A DNA stretch of 63,955 nucleotides, filler included, from Bigelowiella natans CCMP2755 (taxonomy: Eukaryota; Protista; Cercozoa): assembly GCA_000320545.1 (NCBI GenBank). It is 10 parts of 10 records of this genome, joined end to end, with 100 filler letters (N's around TTAATTAATTAA, not from the genome) between each part and the next. Parts side by side here need not be neighbours in the genome. Positions count along the whole stretch, not along the records: positions 47,667 to 53,583 come from ADNK01003059.1; positions 53,684 to 57,099 come from ADNK01003388.1; positions 57,200 to 59,338 come from ADNK01002118.1; positions 59,439 to 60,983 come from ADNK01000165.1; positions 61,084 to 62,788 come from ADNK01002364.1; positions 62,889 to 63,955 come from ADNK01001659.1; 4 more parts are not named here. One strand, given 5' to 3'. Below the pieces are notes generated by a model. The model was not told the DNA's origin, searched no databases, and saw only the letters and a program-made list of their open reading frames with translations. The translations under genes were made by a program, and so were the position numbers. Below, in pieces: positions 52,415-63,955 of this stretch. How positions within the stretch are numbered: position 1 is the first letter of the stretch; every line of letters begins with the position of its first letter.

Positions 52415-52943
52415 AGCAAGGAGCGTGTTCTTTGTTCCTTTGAAATATATATTTGCTGCGTTTTTAATAATACTGATAGTAATGACCATTCTGACAAACT
52501 AAACAGGTGTTTACGGTCACTGCTGCGCTGAGTCTGCATTCACGATCCGATTCTACCAAACTACGCCTCCGTAAGAAGACAACACAACCCAAACTTCACC
52601 ACAGCCTCCCACCACCGCCAACTTGCACATCCCAAGATCTAATAGCTGCACATGCAAAGCATTGGTCGCGTGCCAACGAATCTAGCAGTTGGGAGAGCAA
52701 ACTAAGAATGATTCGATGGTTTCTATTGTATTTGTAACATGCGTATTTCTCGTTCTTGACACCAGTCCCGTCCCAGCGCCGCCGCCCACCCCCCCTGGGC
52801 CGAGCCCCGCAAAGTCAACTAGTAGCAGCACCACCAACAGCAGCATGATTGCTACTGCGGTCGTTGTGCCTGTCCTTGCTCTTATCTTATTCGTCGCAGG
52901 TCATCTCATAATCTCATAATTGATAAGCCCATAGATTTCGATG

Positions 52944-52989
<46 letters not shown>

Positions 52990-53300
52990 ATAACAATATG
53001 TATTCTTTTTTTGTTCATATGTGTGCGTGTGTGTAAAAACATAGGCCTCATCATGTGGAGACGGTGCCGAAGGGCCAGCTCCTCGCAATTCACCCACAAC
53101 GTGCATCAAAGCAGCATGGAATTCTCCCAGGAAATCGACGGGGAAAGGTGCAGAATTTAGACCAGAATTCATCGGGATTTCATCGGGAAATGTCGCTCGA
53201 TCTAGCGCGACTCTCGGCGTGCTTTTATGCGTGAGTTGATGTTTGCTTGTTGGCAGGGATATGTCTGGGATACACGGCTTTGCTAGTGGAATGGAAAGTC
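48245..53300 (+). CDS. C-terminal half of a membrane-anchored subtilase (KP-43/Tag-like jelly-roll domain, EGF-like, PPC-like domain, TM); catalytic domain not seen
   Basis: Jelly-roll: ATLAWTDPPA, SLVNDLDLKL, YDAQNNVERI, GAHVPASAQKFAFV. EGF-like: CINDCSG / RCQCKGGFGGADC. PPC-like: GDWRYF..GDPDLYI. A Pro/Ser/Thr linker precedes the TM segment IATAVVVPVLALILFVAGLIMWRR. Confidence 0.8.
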
Positions 53301-53432
53301 ATATCTGCTGCTGCTGCTGCTGCTGCTTTTGTTTTTCTTTTGTGCTTCCTAGGAAACTTCTTATTGCACAGAAGAGGATACGGATAGATACCTTTCCCCC
53401 TCCCCCCCAGCCACCCTCTCCACAGACAGATC

Positions 53433-53498
<66 letters not shown>

Positions 53499-53583
53499 AA
53501 AGATATATATATGATATATATATGTATATGTAAAGTGTCCTAGGGAGCGGAGCGAGAGAGAGCGAGAGAAAAAAAAAGAAAAA

Positions 53584-53683
53584 NNNNNNNNNNNNNNNNN
53601 NNNNNNNNNNNNNNNNNNNNNNNNNNNTTAATTAATTAANNNNNNNNNNNNNNNNNNNNNNNNNNNNNNNNNNNNNNNNNNNN
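53584..53683. other. Artificial contig spacer
   Basis: N44-TTAATTAATTAA-N44. Confidence 0.99.
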
Positions 53684-54103
53684 GTCTATGACCATTGCGC
53701 TGGAGGGTCACACAGTTGTATATAAATGTTCATACATGGACACGAGTATAAAACATGTCTGTCGGATAGGTTCTCAACAGAAAATATTGGGTCGAAAATA
53801 ACATATATTTCTAACACAGCTCCACTCCGTTATAGAGATGGTCAACTTTTCCTCTTCTAGCGAGCAGCTCCATCTTTATCCGGGCTTCTTCCCTACGAGC
53901 TTCCAAATCTGTTGATGATGCCTTTACCAAAATCTTCCTCCATGTGTTTCCCTGCGACTTGGTGTGTCGCGCTAGTTAAATACACCCAAATGGGGACGAT
54001 GCATGCTCTTACGGCACTGATCTAATCGGGTAGCTGATCAAAATGGATCCGTACTATTTCCACGGCTATTCACTCTCTCTGCCTAATCATCTATATTAAT
54101 ATG

Positions 54104-54145
<42 letters not shown>

Positions 54146-54277
54146 TGAGACTTGAGCTGGGATCTCGATCAAGCCCGAAGATTCGAATCGGCACAGCTTC
54201 TTGCCTTTGCATTAAAACATGATGTTACAGAATCAAAACCACAATCTTCTACGCTCAAGCGCAACGACCGCGAAGAA

Positions 54278-54311
<34 letters not shown>

Positions 54312-55382
54312 AAAAGAGAGGCAAAATGTGCATATCGAAGGAAACGAAGGAGAAGGAAAAACAGCATGTTTTGCATTTGGCTGGCTTTAATGTTCAATTT
54401 TTGTTTGCGTCTGGAAGGTGTACGTCGCGCGTTTGTCCATGAGCCTGGCGTCCTCAACCACCTCCTAAATGATGACACAACACCGAATCCTCAAGACTGC
54501 TCACGCCGAAGTAGCATCTTTCAGGAGAACGATTTTCGCTCTAAAGCGGGCGGGGGGCATGCGCGAAAAGTAATTCTCTTCTCCCAAAGACCTACTTTGA
54601 GAGCGTTCAGATCTGCATCGTGCCAGCGTGTGCAAGCGAAGGCACTCAAGAGCCCTCCCCTCCCTACAATTGAAATGCCGATGGAGAGGACAAAAGCATG
54701 AGAATACATCCTCAGAGCTCTACACCGCAGCCGCGCTGCATTGATAATACGAGAATTTCCCAGTTTACAGCGGCATTGACACAATCTCAGCATATCACCG
54801 TTAGCTTCTAACGTCTCGAGTTTGATCAGCCCTGGTGCGGTGCTGCAGGCTTGCAGCGCGGCCTTTATTTATGCAAGAGAGGGCGGGGGAGAAGAATGAT
54901 AAGTGGGGGGGGGAGGGGGGGCGATAAAGCGCAATCCTTTCAGCGGCTCTTGCACAGATGCAATCACGACAAAACACTGCGAGAGTTCCTTCAAACCATC
55001 CTTTCGGAGGAAGGAGGGCACAACCTCAATGCAGAGCGTCCCGCTACCGCACATGGGGTCAATCCAAACTGCAGTGTCATCATCCGCCGTCTCTTCCTCC
55101 CCATCACCGCTGCGAGATCCGTCTTCTCGGCCTCCTTCGTCAGCAGCACGGCTCCCCCCCCTTAGCCTTCTTCTCCTGACCGTTGACTACGGTGGCAAGG
55201 ACGAAGAGTCCCGAAGCTAGCGATTCACGGAGGGGGGCGCTGTGTTTGATGTTTGTGGGGGGGGGGGGGCGGGTGGAGTTAGTTATCGATGCTGCTACTG
55301 TGAGAATTGTGGGAAGATGCTCAGGGAGAAAGTCGCTACTTCAGAAGATACCAATAGCTCCTCTATATTTTGAATTCTATCT

Positions 55383-55424
<42 letters not shown>

Positions 55425-55445
55425 GCACACACACACACACACACA

Positions 55446-55492
<47 letters not shown>

Positions 55493-55652
55493 TCTTTCTC
55501 AATGCGAGGTGTCAAGGAAACACGAAACACGACGCCTTTAACACAGCAGCAGAACGAATGGAGCAGCAGCAGCAGCAGCAGCTCTACAACCTGTGGAAGG
55601 GTAGATTCGAATCTTCCACATTTCCTCGGTATCCCTACAACATGTATATAAC

Positions 55653-55686
<34 letters not shown>

Positions 55687-57061
55687 TGCATTATATTACA
55701 TTATATGCTCGTTGCAAAACGAGTTGATGGCATGCATACCCGCTTGTGCATTGTATCGCCATTGAGCACTCGATATATGCGGACCTTCTCCCTGTCAGCC
55801 TGTTAGCGCATTCGCACATGCTCCCGTGAGAAGATCTCCAGCGTTATCAGCAATGCATCGCGGAGAGCAGGACGATGAGACAGCGTACATGCGCGCACAC
55901 AGGTAAACATCATCATCATCATCATTATCATCATTATCATCATCATCATTATCATCATCATTATCATCATCATTATCATCATCACCATAATCATCATCGT
56001 TATTGCATTCGTCGTCGTAGCTCAGCTTTCAGAGCCTATGGAGAGTTGACCCCCCCCCCCCCCCCCCCATAGCCGCAACCCGCAGCAACAAACGGCATTT
56101 GTTATTTCGACTTATCATCGACAACACTCTACTCAAACTTGAACGATGAGAACGTTGCAAATAGTGTGTTTTATCGTATAACGAGTTTTTTTCCGAGAGA
56201 CTGGTAGGCGATATTAAAAACGGGAAGGAAAAAGTGGCGTTGCCAAAGAAAGAGAGAAACAGAGTGCAAAAACCACCTCCTCCAAGCCATTGCATGTCGT
56301 CGCAAAGAAGCATCTAGTATTTAATTCACACAATGCAGAAGTCCAGGAAACAACAAAACGAGAGTTTGCACATTCGAATCAGTTTTATTTTTTTTCCTGG
56401 TGTTCCTTCCCCACTCGCTCGAGCATAACAAACTGTCTGCTTACCGTTTCCCTTGCCTTGCTGCCTCCTCCAACGTTACCAGCTCGGTTCTTAGCTTTCT
56501 CTGTGATGACGATGTCGCCGATGACGAAGAGGATGATCTCCGTCTGCGATTGTTAGGTTGACTGCTGCTGTGGAACTGCTCACGTCTCTCACCACGACGC
56601 CATGCCCCTGAATTCCTCCGGCCTTCGCTACTACGCACACCGCTGCTTTGTCGGTCGCTATAGCTATTGGAAAAATCGTCGCTTGCGCCTCTTCGCTCAC
56701 GACCGCGCTTCTGCCCTCCATCCCCCCCTCTCCCCCCCCACATCCCTCGACCTCGACCTCCAGCGGCGCCCGGGGCGCGGGCGGAGGCTGGAGAGTGCGC
56801 TCCTCTTCTTCCGTCTATTGCCATCCAAGGCTGCTTCCCTACCCCCCCTCTCCATGCCCTTGGATGGTGAGAGAGAAGCCCCTCTCTTCGACCCCACGCC
56901 GCTAGCACCGACGTGCCCCCCCTCCAGCGATTGTTCACGCAGCGACGGTCTCCAGGCACCCAGTGAGTGGCTGATGGCGCGACGCTAGGGAGAACTAACA
57001 GGAATGAAAGGACGACCAGGTACATCGTGGGGGGGCGGGAAGCAGCCCTGGCTGCTGCCAT
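53684..57061 (-). CDS. THUMP/RlmL-type RNA (guanine-N2) methyltransferase with a signal-peptide-like plus R/G/S-rich leader; 3' end cut
   Basis: VLNGDTMHKR-GYR, WIDPMCGSGTLCIE-AALQACSTAPGL, FACTRWHDAD and IFGLDRD follow RlmL motif order. N-terminal YLVVLSFLLVLPSVA is hydrophobic. Confidence 0.82.
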
Positions 57062-57099
57062 CCTCCTCCCCCTCATCATCATCCTCCTCCTCCTCATCA

Positions 57100-57199
57100 N
57101 NNNNNNNNNNNNNNNNNNNNNNNNNNNNNNNNNNNNNNNNNNNTTAATTAATTAANNNNNNNNNNNNNNNNNNNNNNNNNNNNNNNNNNNNNNNNNNNN
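57100..57199. other. Artificial contig spacer
   Basis: N44-TTAATTAATTAA-N44. Confidence 0.99.
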
Positions 57200-57239
57200 G
57201 AGGAGGAGGAGGAGGAGGAAGGTGTACCTGAGCCCTTAG

Positions 57240-57940
57240 AATGAACACTCGAGGAAGAGTTTCGCAGCGTGTGAAATGAAGCAGCACGACGACGCACGCT
57301 ATGCCAGCTTTTGTCGCCACGCTGTGTGTCCCCATTGGTGCATCGCTACATGTCACGACTATTCAATTGTAACATTTATTGGCAGCTGGTGCACATTTCG
57401 ATGAATGGGAATTTAATGAGCTGCGCTAGCTTGTCTTGAGTTCTCAGAAAAGTTCATGACGTACATATGGAGATCATTGCAACTTGTTCCTTTTCGTGAG
57501 TTGTAGAAAGTACATGCAAATGTATATAATGTTCATGCAGCTTCTTTATACTACACACGCTGTGCGGCTGTGCGCTCGTGTAGCTGCTAGAGCTGCGATA
57601 TATAAGCAACATATGACATAAAATTCGCATTTACCTATTGCTAGGCATACTTGCAGGCTCATGCATCATCTAAGCTAGCTAGCTAGTGGCGTAGCGCGTA
57701 CGATATAGGGTGCCTCTAATTTGTTGTATGTATCGTGAGGCATAGCTACCAAAGAAGATGACATGTGCATCGCAGCACAGTAGGTGCAATTCGTAACGTG
57801 TTGCATGCCTAGCACATGCGCGGTACGGCCCTCGTCAATATCAAAAAATGTGCAATAGCAACTCTAATAATGACTCATTAAGCCTGTATCTCTACGAGCG
57901 GCAGCAATGTGTTCATACTGCATCGGTGCTGATGCATGCA
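57240..57940. mobile_element. Degenerate CC/GG-poor relic tract
   Basis: About 3 CC/GG dinucleotides in 57421-57600, dense gcta/tagc/catg, no long ORF. Confidence 0.4.
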
Positions 57941-58588
57941 TGCGCAATCAAATATAACGGAGAGGCCACGATACGTCTGTTGCTGCATGATGATATGCTA
58001 CAATAGCCGCCGTGAATTAAATCGCAATAGACTTCGATTATATGTCGGGACTGAGACTGAATTGAACGAGTCACACATCGTGTTGTTCACAGCTCACAGC
58101 TTCAAGCTGCTCAACAACCTGTCCTTGCTGATATCGTCATTCTCCGATGCCACCCACTGCGTGCAACATGAGAAGGGGGGGGGGGGGGAAACTTAACGAC
58201 CCCTTTGGAACGGGCGGGTAGACAGATTCCAGGGAATTAAAAAATGTACATTACCTATTCAAGAAAATACATTAACATATGGGGGGGGCCCATGGCGGCG
58301 CCCCACCCCTGTTTCCCGGAGGGCAAACACCCCTTCTTCTGAGATGCTTTTGCCGGGGGGAGAAATTGCAGCAATGAACGTAATGCCTTCCGTCCTGGGA
58401 TTCGGGGCCCACCCCCCATCAAACTCATATGAGCATGCAGAATTGCTTTGAACCGATATATTGACACGGAAAATATCAGATTTTCTTCCATTCAATCCTC
58501 CCCCCTCCCCCCCGCTCTCACCCACATACGCACACACACACACACACACAAACACACAAACGCAGAGAGAGAAAGAGAGAGAAAGAGA

Positions 58589-58627
<39 letters not shown>

Positions 58628-59176
58628 CTCTAAATATATGATGCAGACGTGCTTCAGACAGAACACTTCACAATCATACTCGTGCGGAATCTTATAGCCC
58701 AAAACTTTGCGAAGTTTCTCGACCTTTGGGACAGCAAATGCAACACAACATCAACAGGCTTAGCACAGCTGAACCTTGCCTCCCCCCCCCCCCCCCCCCA
58801 GACAGCGACAACATGAAGAAATCGGCACCACGGGAGCGGAGGGAAAACATGTTAACTTACATAAATAACACCCACGCACTGTTTGAATCTTGGAAGCTAC
58901 ACCGTACCGGAAACATCTGCTTCATCCGGATCGAGACTTGCGGCCTGGGCACGATCTTCGCGTACTTGCAAAACGAATCGTTTGGACCGCATCCGATGAC
59001 ATAGAAGAAGAAGGGAAAAAAGTGAGAAGAAATTGTGATGTGGTGAATAATAGCTTTAGAAGAGTGAAAGTACGGTCTATGCAACCACCGCTGTTGCTGC
59101 TCTCATACTGATCTACATTCACATATCCACTAGCTTTGAACCCGACCATTACCACTAATTTGGCCTACTACAAGCC

Positions 59177-59208
<32 letters not shown>

Positions 59209-59338
59209 TTGTTGTAGATTATGTTATTGCTGTTTGTTTTTGCTGCTGTTTCTATCAATGATACCATGGCGCGGCAGTCCACAAGGTCCACCTAACAAAA
59301 AGATATTGTTGATGAAGAAGAAGATGATGATATATGGG

Positions 59339-59438
59339 NNNNNNNNNNNNNNNNNNNNNNNNNNNNNNNNNNNNNNNNNNNNTTAATTAATTAANNNNNN
59401 NNNNNNNNNNNNNNNNNNNNNNNNNNNNNNNNNNNNNN
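59339..59438. other. Artificial contig spacer
   Basis: N44-TTAATTAATTAA-N44. Confidence 0.99.
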
Positions 59439-60603
59439 GACAAGTCGCTGCAGGCCCAAAAGAGAGAAGAAAAGTAAGTGAACACCAACATGAGGAGGAA
59501 CGACACCCAACGCAACGACGATAGTTCCCCCCCCACCGCTTCTTCCCTCCGGTCCGGTATATACGCATGGGAAATAAGGAGCATGCAAATCAGAGGAAAA
59601 TGTGCCGCGTGTTCCTGTCATGGTCATCACGGTGGTTGTGGGCCCCATTATGGTTGATTACTTCGGGTTATTGTTAATTCCATTTGGCATTTATTTCCCG
59701 TCTTCCTCCTCTTTTTTTTGTCCCGTTCAGGATCATTCCTCAATCAGCTGTTAAGAGGCAGGAAGATGGCCCCTTTTGAGCTCCCGGTCAAAAAAAATGC
59801 GAACCTAAGAAACTACCAGCAGGTGTGTGCGTGTCTGTGGCGCTCAGAATCAGTTGATTCAGTGGTGGATATGTCGAGATCCCCTCTCCCCTCCCCCCCC
59901 CCCCCCTCCTTCTCCTTTCATGCAGTGAAAAGAAAAGATGGAGAAACAGCATCATTTTTTTTCAAGAAAGAAAAGCATGTTCGGTAAATTTCAATTGTGC
60001 AACTAAGGCCGGGGTGGACTGGCTGCATTTCCTCTACGAGTTCAATCTGCACGGAGCTCTATGCGACGATATGGGTCTGTCGAAAGAGGGGGGGACGAAG
60101 GAGGAGGAGGAGGAGGAGAGGAAGAAGAAGAAGAAGAAGAAGAAGAATGTAATAAGAAGAAGCATCACACTGCAGCGGCGCCTAAATACCGAGAGCACAG
60201 ATCGCTTCTCCCCCGCGCACAGCGATCCTGTGTCGCAGGACGGAAACTCGTTGATGTATCATGATGCCCGACAGCCTTTATTCTCTCTTCAAAAACGCAG
60301 GACTGTGTGCATGAGATCGCCTTGTTCTTTTATTTCCTTCTGACGGTTCAGCCATCATCATAATCACTATGCGGATGGAGTTCCTCCTCGTCTTCTTCAA
60401 AGACCAGCGTCCACATCATCCCTTTCCTTTGTCTTTCTTCAATCTTCAGGCTTGGGAAAGACGCTGCGGACAATATGCATCATAGCATCAGCATCGTGGA
60501 AGCAACTACGCTCCTTGTCGTCGTCGTCGTCATCATCGTCGACACCGGCGTCGCTGCCTCTCATAACGCTCATTGTTTGTCCCGCAACACTCGTCGCCCA
60601 TTG
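59439..60603 (+). CDS. BTAF1: Internal exons of a Mot1/BTAF1 SNF2-family ATPase
   Basis: FLNQLL...FELPVKKNANLRNYQQ / GVDWLHFLYEFNLHGALCDDMG / LGKTLRTICIIAS...LIVCPATLVAHW; LHGxLCDDMGLGKT is the Mot1-type signature. Confidence 0.85.
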
Positions 60604-60983
60604 GTAGTCAAAGAAACGGCCATATTTTGATCCTCCCCCCCCTGTTTCTGACTGTGATCTACTTCCATCGGTATGGCGTGTGTGTGTGTGTGTGTGTGTG
60701 TGCGTACCAGCGTGCTTTATCAAGGTCCCCCATAATCTTTAATTAGTGTTAAAAGGATTAATCTGGAACCGCTTGTAAGAGAACAAGATAATTTCCGTCC
60801 ATTATGTTAGTAGATATGATCAAGAAATTTCTTGTCCAGTGGGCACAGATATATAATCTTAAGGGGCCAATAGTAAGCACCCAAGGTTGTTGGTTCTGTA
60901 GTGCGCACATTGTAGAGGGGGCTGGAGTATTAAGCTGGGTTCGATCGAGATTTTGGATTTTAGTTACGCATCCTCTTGGAGGG

Positions 60984-61083
60984 NNNNNNNNNNNNNNNNN
61001 NNNNNNNNNNNNNNNNNNNNNNNNNNNTTAATTAATTAANNNNNNNNNNNNNNNNNNNNNNNNNNNNNNNNNNNNNNNNNNNN
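60984..61083. other. Artificial contig spacer
   Basis: N44-TTAATTAATTAA-N44. Confidence 0.99.
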
Positions 61084-61109
61084 CCCCCCCCCCCCCCCCC
61101 CCCCCACAC

Positions 61110-61140
<31 letters not shown>

Positions 61141-61309
61141 ACGAGCATCATACGAATGCATTGCCAACGATAATAATATGAATTATAGATAATAATAGTA
61201 ATAATAATATTAATGCGGAGGCAGGAAGTAGCAGCAGATTTGATGTGTTGTAGTGGTATTGATTCCATGTTGTTGTCTTATTTAATCTGTTTAGTTACTA
61301 CTACATTAT

Positions 61310-62207
61310 TTTTAGAGATTCTACGTCGCCTTTAGAGGCAGCAAGGGCTGCAGGTGTGTACCCATACTAGTTGAAGAAGAAAAAACCAATGATCAATTAA
61401 TAAACAACGATACTACAACACAAAGAAGAAGAAGAAGAAGATGATGATGATGATGATGAAGAAGGAATACTCGCCAATCGTGCGCCAGTCATGCTAAAAA
61501 GGTATTCTCTTTCTTTCTTTCTTTCTTCTGGTTCTGCTACTGCTACTGCTACTCATTCATTCATTCATTCATTCACCGGGTCACTAAAGTCTACAACTAC
61601 TGCTGCTACTACTTACTTCTGCTACTCACTCACGCACTCACTCACCGTGTCACTGAAGTCTAAACTGGCACCATATTCTATCAAAACCTCCATGGCCTCT
61701 CGATGTTTAAGCATTGTTGCGATGTACCTGCAACATCATCATCATCATTATCATCATCATCATCATTATCATCATCATCATCATCATCATCATTATCATC
61801 ATCATCATCATCATCATATGTTGAGTGAGTGAGAGAGAGAGAGAGAGAGAGAGAGCAGGCAGCAACGTGCAGTGATGGAAGAGATCTGGTGTTTTGATGA
61901 TAGAATATTTCTTATTTCTTGGAATGTGAAGTAGTGGGATCAGTCGGGGATGTATGTGTTACTACTACTACTACTAGCACTAAGAACTTCTTAGTAGTAG
62001 TAATAGTAGTAATAGTAGTAGTAGTAGTAGTTACATACAATGGAGTTACTCCACGAATAGGGGCAGCATCAACCTGATGATTCATCATGATCATCGAGAT
62101 GATCATGATGATGATGATGAGATATATGTTGTATATTGAACAATAATAATAGAAGTTTAGTAGTATATGCGCAATACAACAACAGATGGCATTTGACACA
62201 GCTGCTA

Positions 62208-62241
<34 letters not shown>

Positions 62242-62455
62242 CACATGGTTGTGTTATGTGTATGTTGTTGTTCACAACTACAATGGCGCCCTTTTCCAAA
62301 AGAGCACGAATGATCTGTGGAATCATGATGATAATGATGATGATGATGATGATGATGATGAATGTGATCATGGAGAAAGAGGAGGAGGAGGAGGAGGAGG
62401 AGGAGGAGGAGGAGGAGGAGAAAGGTTCCAAGATATACTGCTACTACTGCTGCGA

Positions 62456-62490
<35 letters not shown>

Positions 62491-62605
62491 AGACGATATA
62501 AATATATTAGCACTAATGTATCAGGCTAATACATATTCAAATATGCTGCTGCTGCTGCTGCTGCTCCTCCACCTTCGCATTCCCGATGCGCGCTGCCACC
62601 AAACT
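61310..62605 (-). CDS. Internal exons of an ankyrin-repeat protein
   Basis: Spliced: LVAARIGNAK / IIRALLEKGAI / VDAAPIRGVTPL / YIATMLKHREAMEVLIEYGASLDFSDT / YGYTPAALAASKG. Confidence 0.85.
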
Positions 62606-62639
62606 ACGTAATCAACATTTGCATTAATATACAACATAT

Positions 62640-62680
<41 letters not shown>

Positions 62681-62731
62681 ATATATAATATACATCCATA
62701 AATGTGTAAATCACAAAGTATAGATTATGTG

Positions 62732-62770
<39 letters not shown>

Positions 62771-62788
62771 TTGAGCAATTTTGGAATA

Positions 62789-62888
62789 NNNNNNNNNNNN
62801 NNNNNNNNNNNNNNNNNNNNNNNNNNNNNNNNTTAATTAATTAANNNNNNNNNNNNNNNNNNNNNNNNNNNNNNNNNNNNNNNNNNNN
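62789..62888. other. Artificial contig spacer
   Basis: N44-TTAATTAATTAA-N44. Confidence 0.99.
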
Positions 62889-63542
62889 TTTTTTAGTTCT
62901 AAAGGGGGGCGCCCCTTCCATTCAAACCCTTTTTTTGGGGGGGAATATGACCCTCCCCCCACAATTAAACTGGAATTTTTTTTCACGCCCCCAACGTGAA
63001 GAATTTTTCCTCCACCCTCCAATTTCCCCCCCCCCCCCCCCCCCCCCCCCCTTCCCCCCTTTCCCGGCCCCCTCCTTTCAGGGGGGAGCACACCACTGGT
63101 CCCCAGGGTGATTCCAACCGGTGTGTTTTATCCAAAGGCCCACCCCAGTGGGGGACTTTCCTGGTGGGGGGATTCAAAAACACTCTCCCTTTTTGGGGGG
63201 GGGGGGGGGTTCGATGAGGAAGAAGAACAAGAAGAAGAAGAAGAATATTGTTGTGCGTGTAGGGGAGTGGGGGAAAGGGACTTTGGCGATTTTTTTGGCT
63301 TGAGGCGCATTTATATTTGACATGTGGCGGATCTATTCCGATTTTAACCGTAAATCCAGGCCGCAGGCTGCTCTGTACAAGTTCTCGTACTGCTCGATTT
63401 CAAACATCCTCTCGTCCTTCTGTCAATTTGCGTCACTCCAGTTTCTCTCATTCCCCGTGCTGCAGGTAGACCAAGTCCCTTCGCTCTTGTGCGCTCCTAG
63501 TTGGTGACAATGCTCATTATCATCACTTCTGCTCCGGGCTTG

Positions 63543-63576
<34 letters not shown>

Positions 63577-63737
63577 TCATCATCGGCGTTGTGAATTGCT
63601 ACTCGCTCGTCGTTTCGTTGTCTATTTAATCTCCCTCTGCTTCTCTTTGTTCGGAAGGCTTATGATTTATGTTAAACAGGTGGCCAAATCGTGCAAGACT
63701 CTCGCAGTACTCTTCGTCTCCTACGTGGTCATCCAAC

Positions 63738-63776
<39 letters not shown>

Positions 63777-63955
63777 GCGTTGTGGAGTTATCGATAAGTC
63801 ACTTTGTTATAGCTGTTTTTTTTTTCCAAAACTGAAGGGGTGAGGGTATAAAGGGGGGGGGGGGGGGGGAGAGAGAGAGAGAGAATTAACGGAAGCGGCT
63901 GGAGAGAAAAAGCGACCCATTTGAAGAATTGGAGAGAGCGGGTACAATCTTGCGT

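Noticed and set aside
58080-59300. Minus-strand exon fragments (VEKLRKVLGYKIPHEYDCE, VIGCGPNDSFCKY); similar fragments at 63330-63740
   Set aside because: Probably coding, but too fragmentary to assign a product.
62889-63310. G/C homopolymer-rich block as a G-quadruplex element
   Set aside because: Contig-edge sequence with inflated homopolymers, typical of a low-quality read end.

Overview
Draft assembly of an intron-rich, microsatellite-rich eukaryote. Ten contig segments are joined by artificial 100-nt spacers (N44-TTAATTAATTAA-N44), so adjacency across spacers is not biological. A photosynthetic protist is suggested by a pheophytinase-like gene and a signal+transit-type leader; chlorarachniophyte-like is my inference. 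Most ORFs in the track are microsatellite noise. By splicing exons by eye I recover these genes: a DH-PH-FYVE RhoGEF, a myristoylation-motif MAPK, an OSCA/TMEM63-like channel, a pheophytinase-like hydrolase, a Zn2Cys6 factor, a PH-domain protein, a GT23 fucosyltransferase, an indoleamine 2,3-dioxygenase, a membrane-anchored subtilase, an RlmL/THUMP methyltransferase, Mot1/BTAF1 and an ankyrin protein. Two signals stand out. (1) Discrete dead tracts in which TpA appears to have been converted to CpA/TpG: a (TA)n-like tract is fossilised as 29 of 30 in-register CA/TG units, one stretch of about 460 nt has a single TA while CpG persists, and a relic ORF reads as Tyr->Cys/His. This looks like a region-targeted, reverse-RIP-like hypermutation system. 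(2) A Ty3/Gypsy LTR element whose integrase ends in a degenerate DIRS/phage-type N6-adenine methyltransferase-like domain where chromoviruses carry a chromodomain. All dinucleotide counts were made by eye and exon boundaries are manual.
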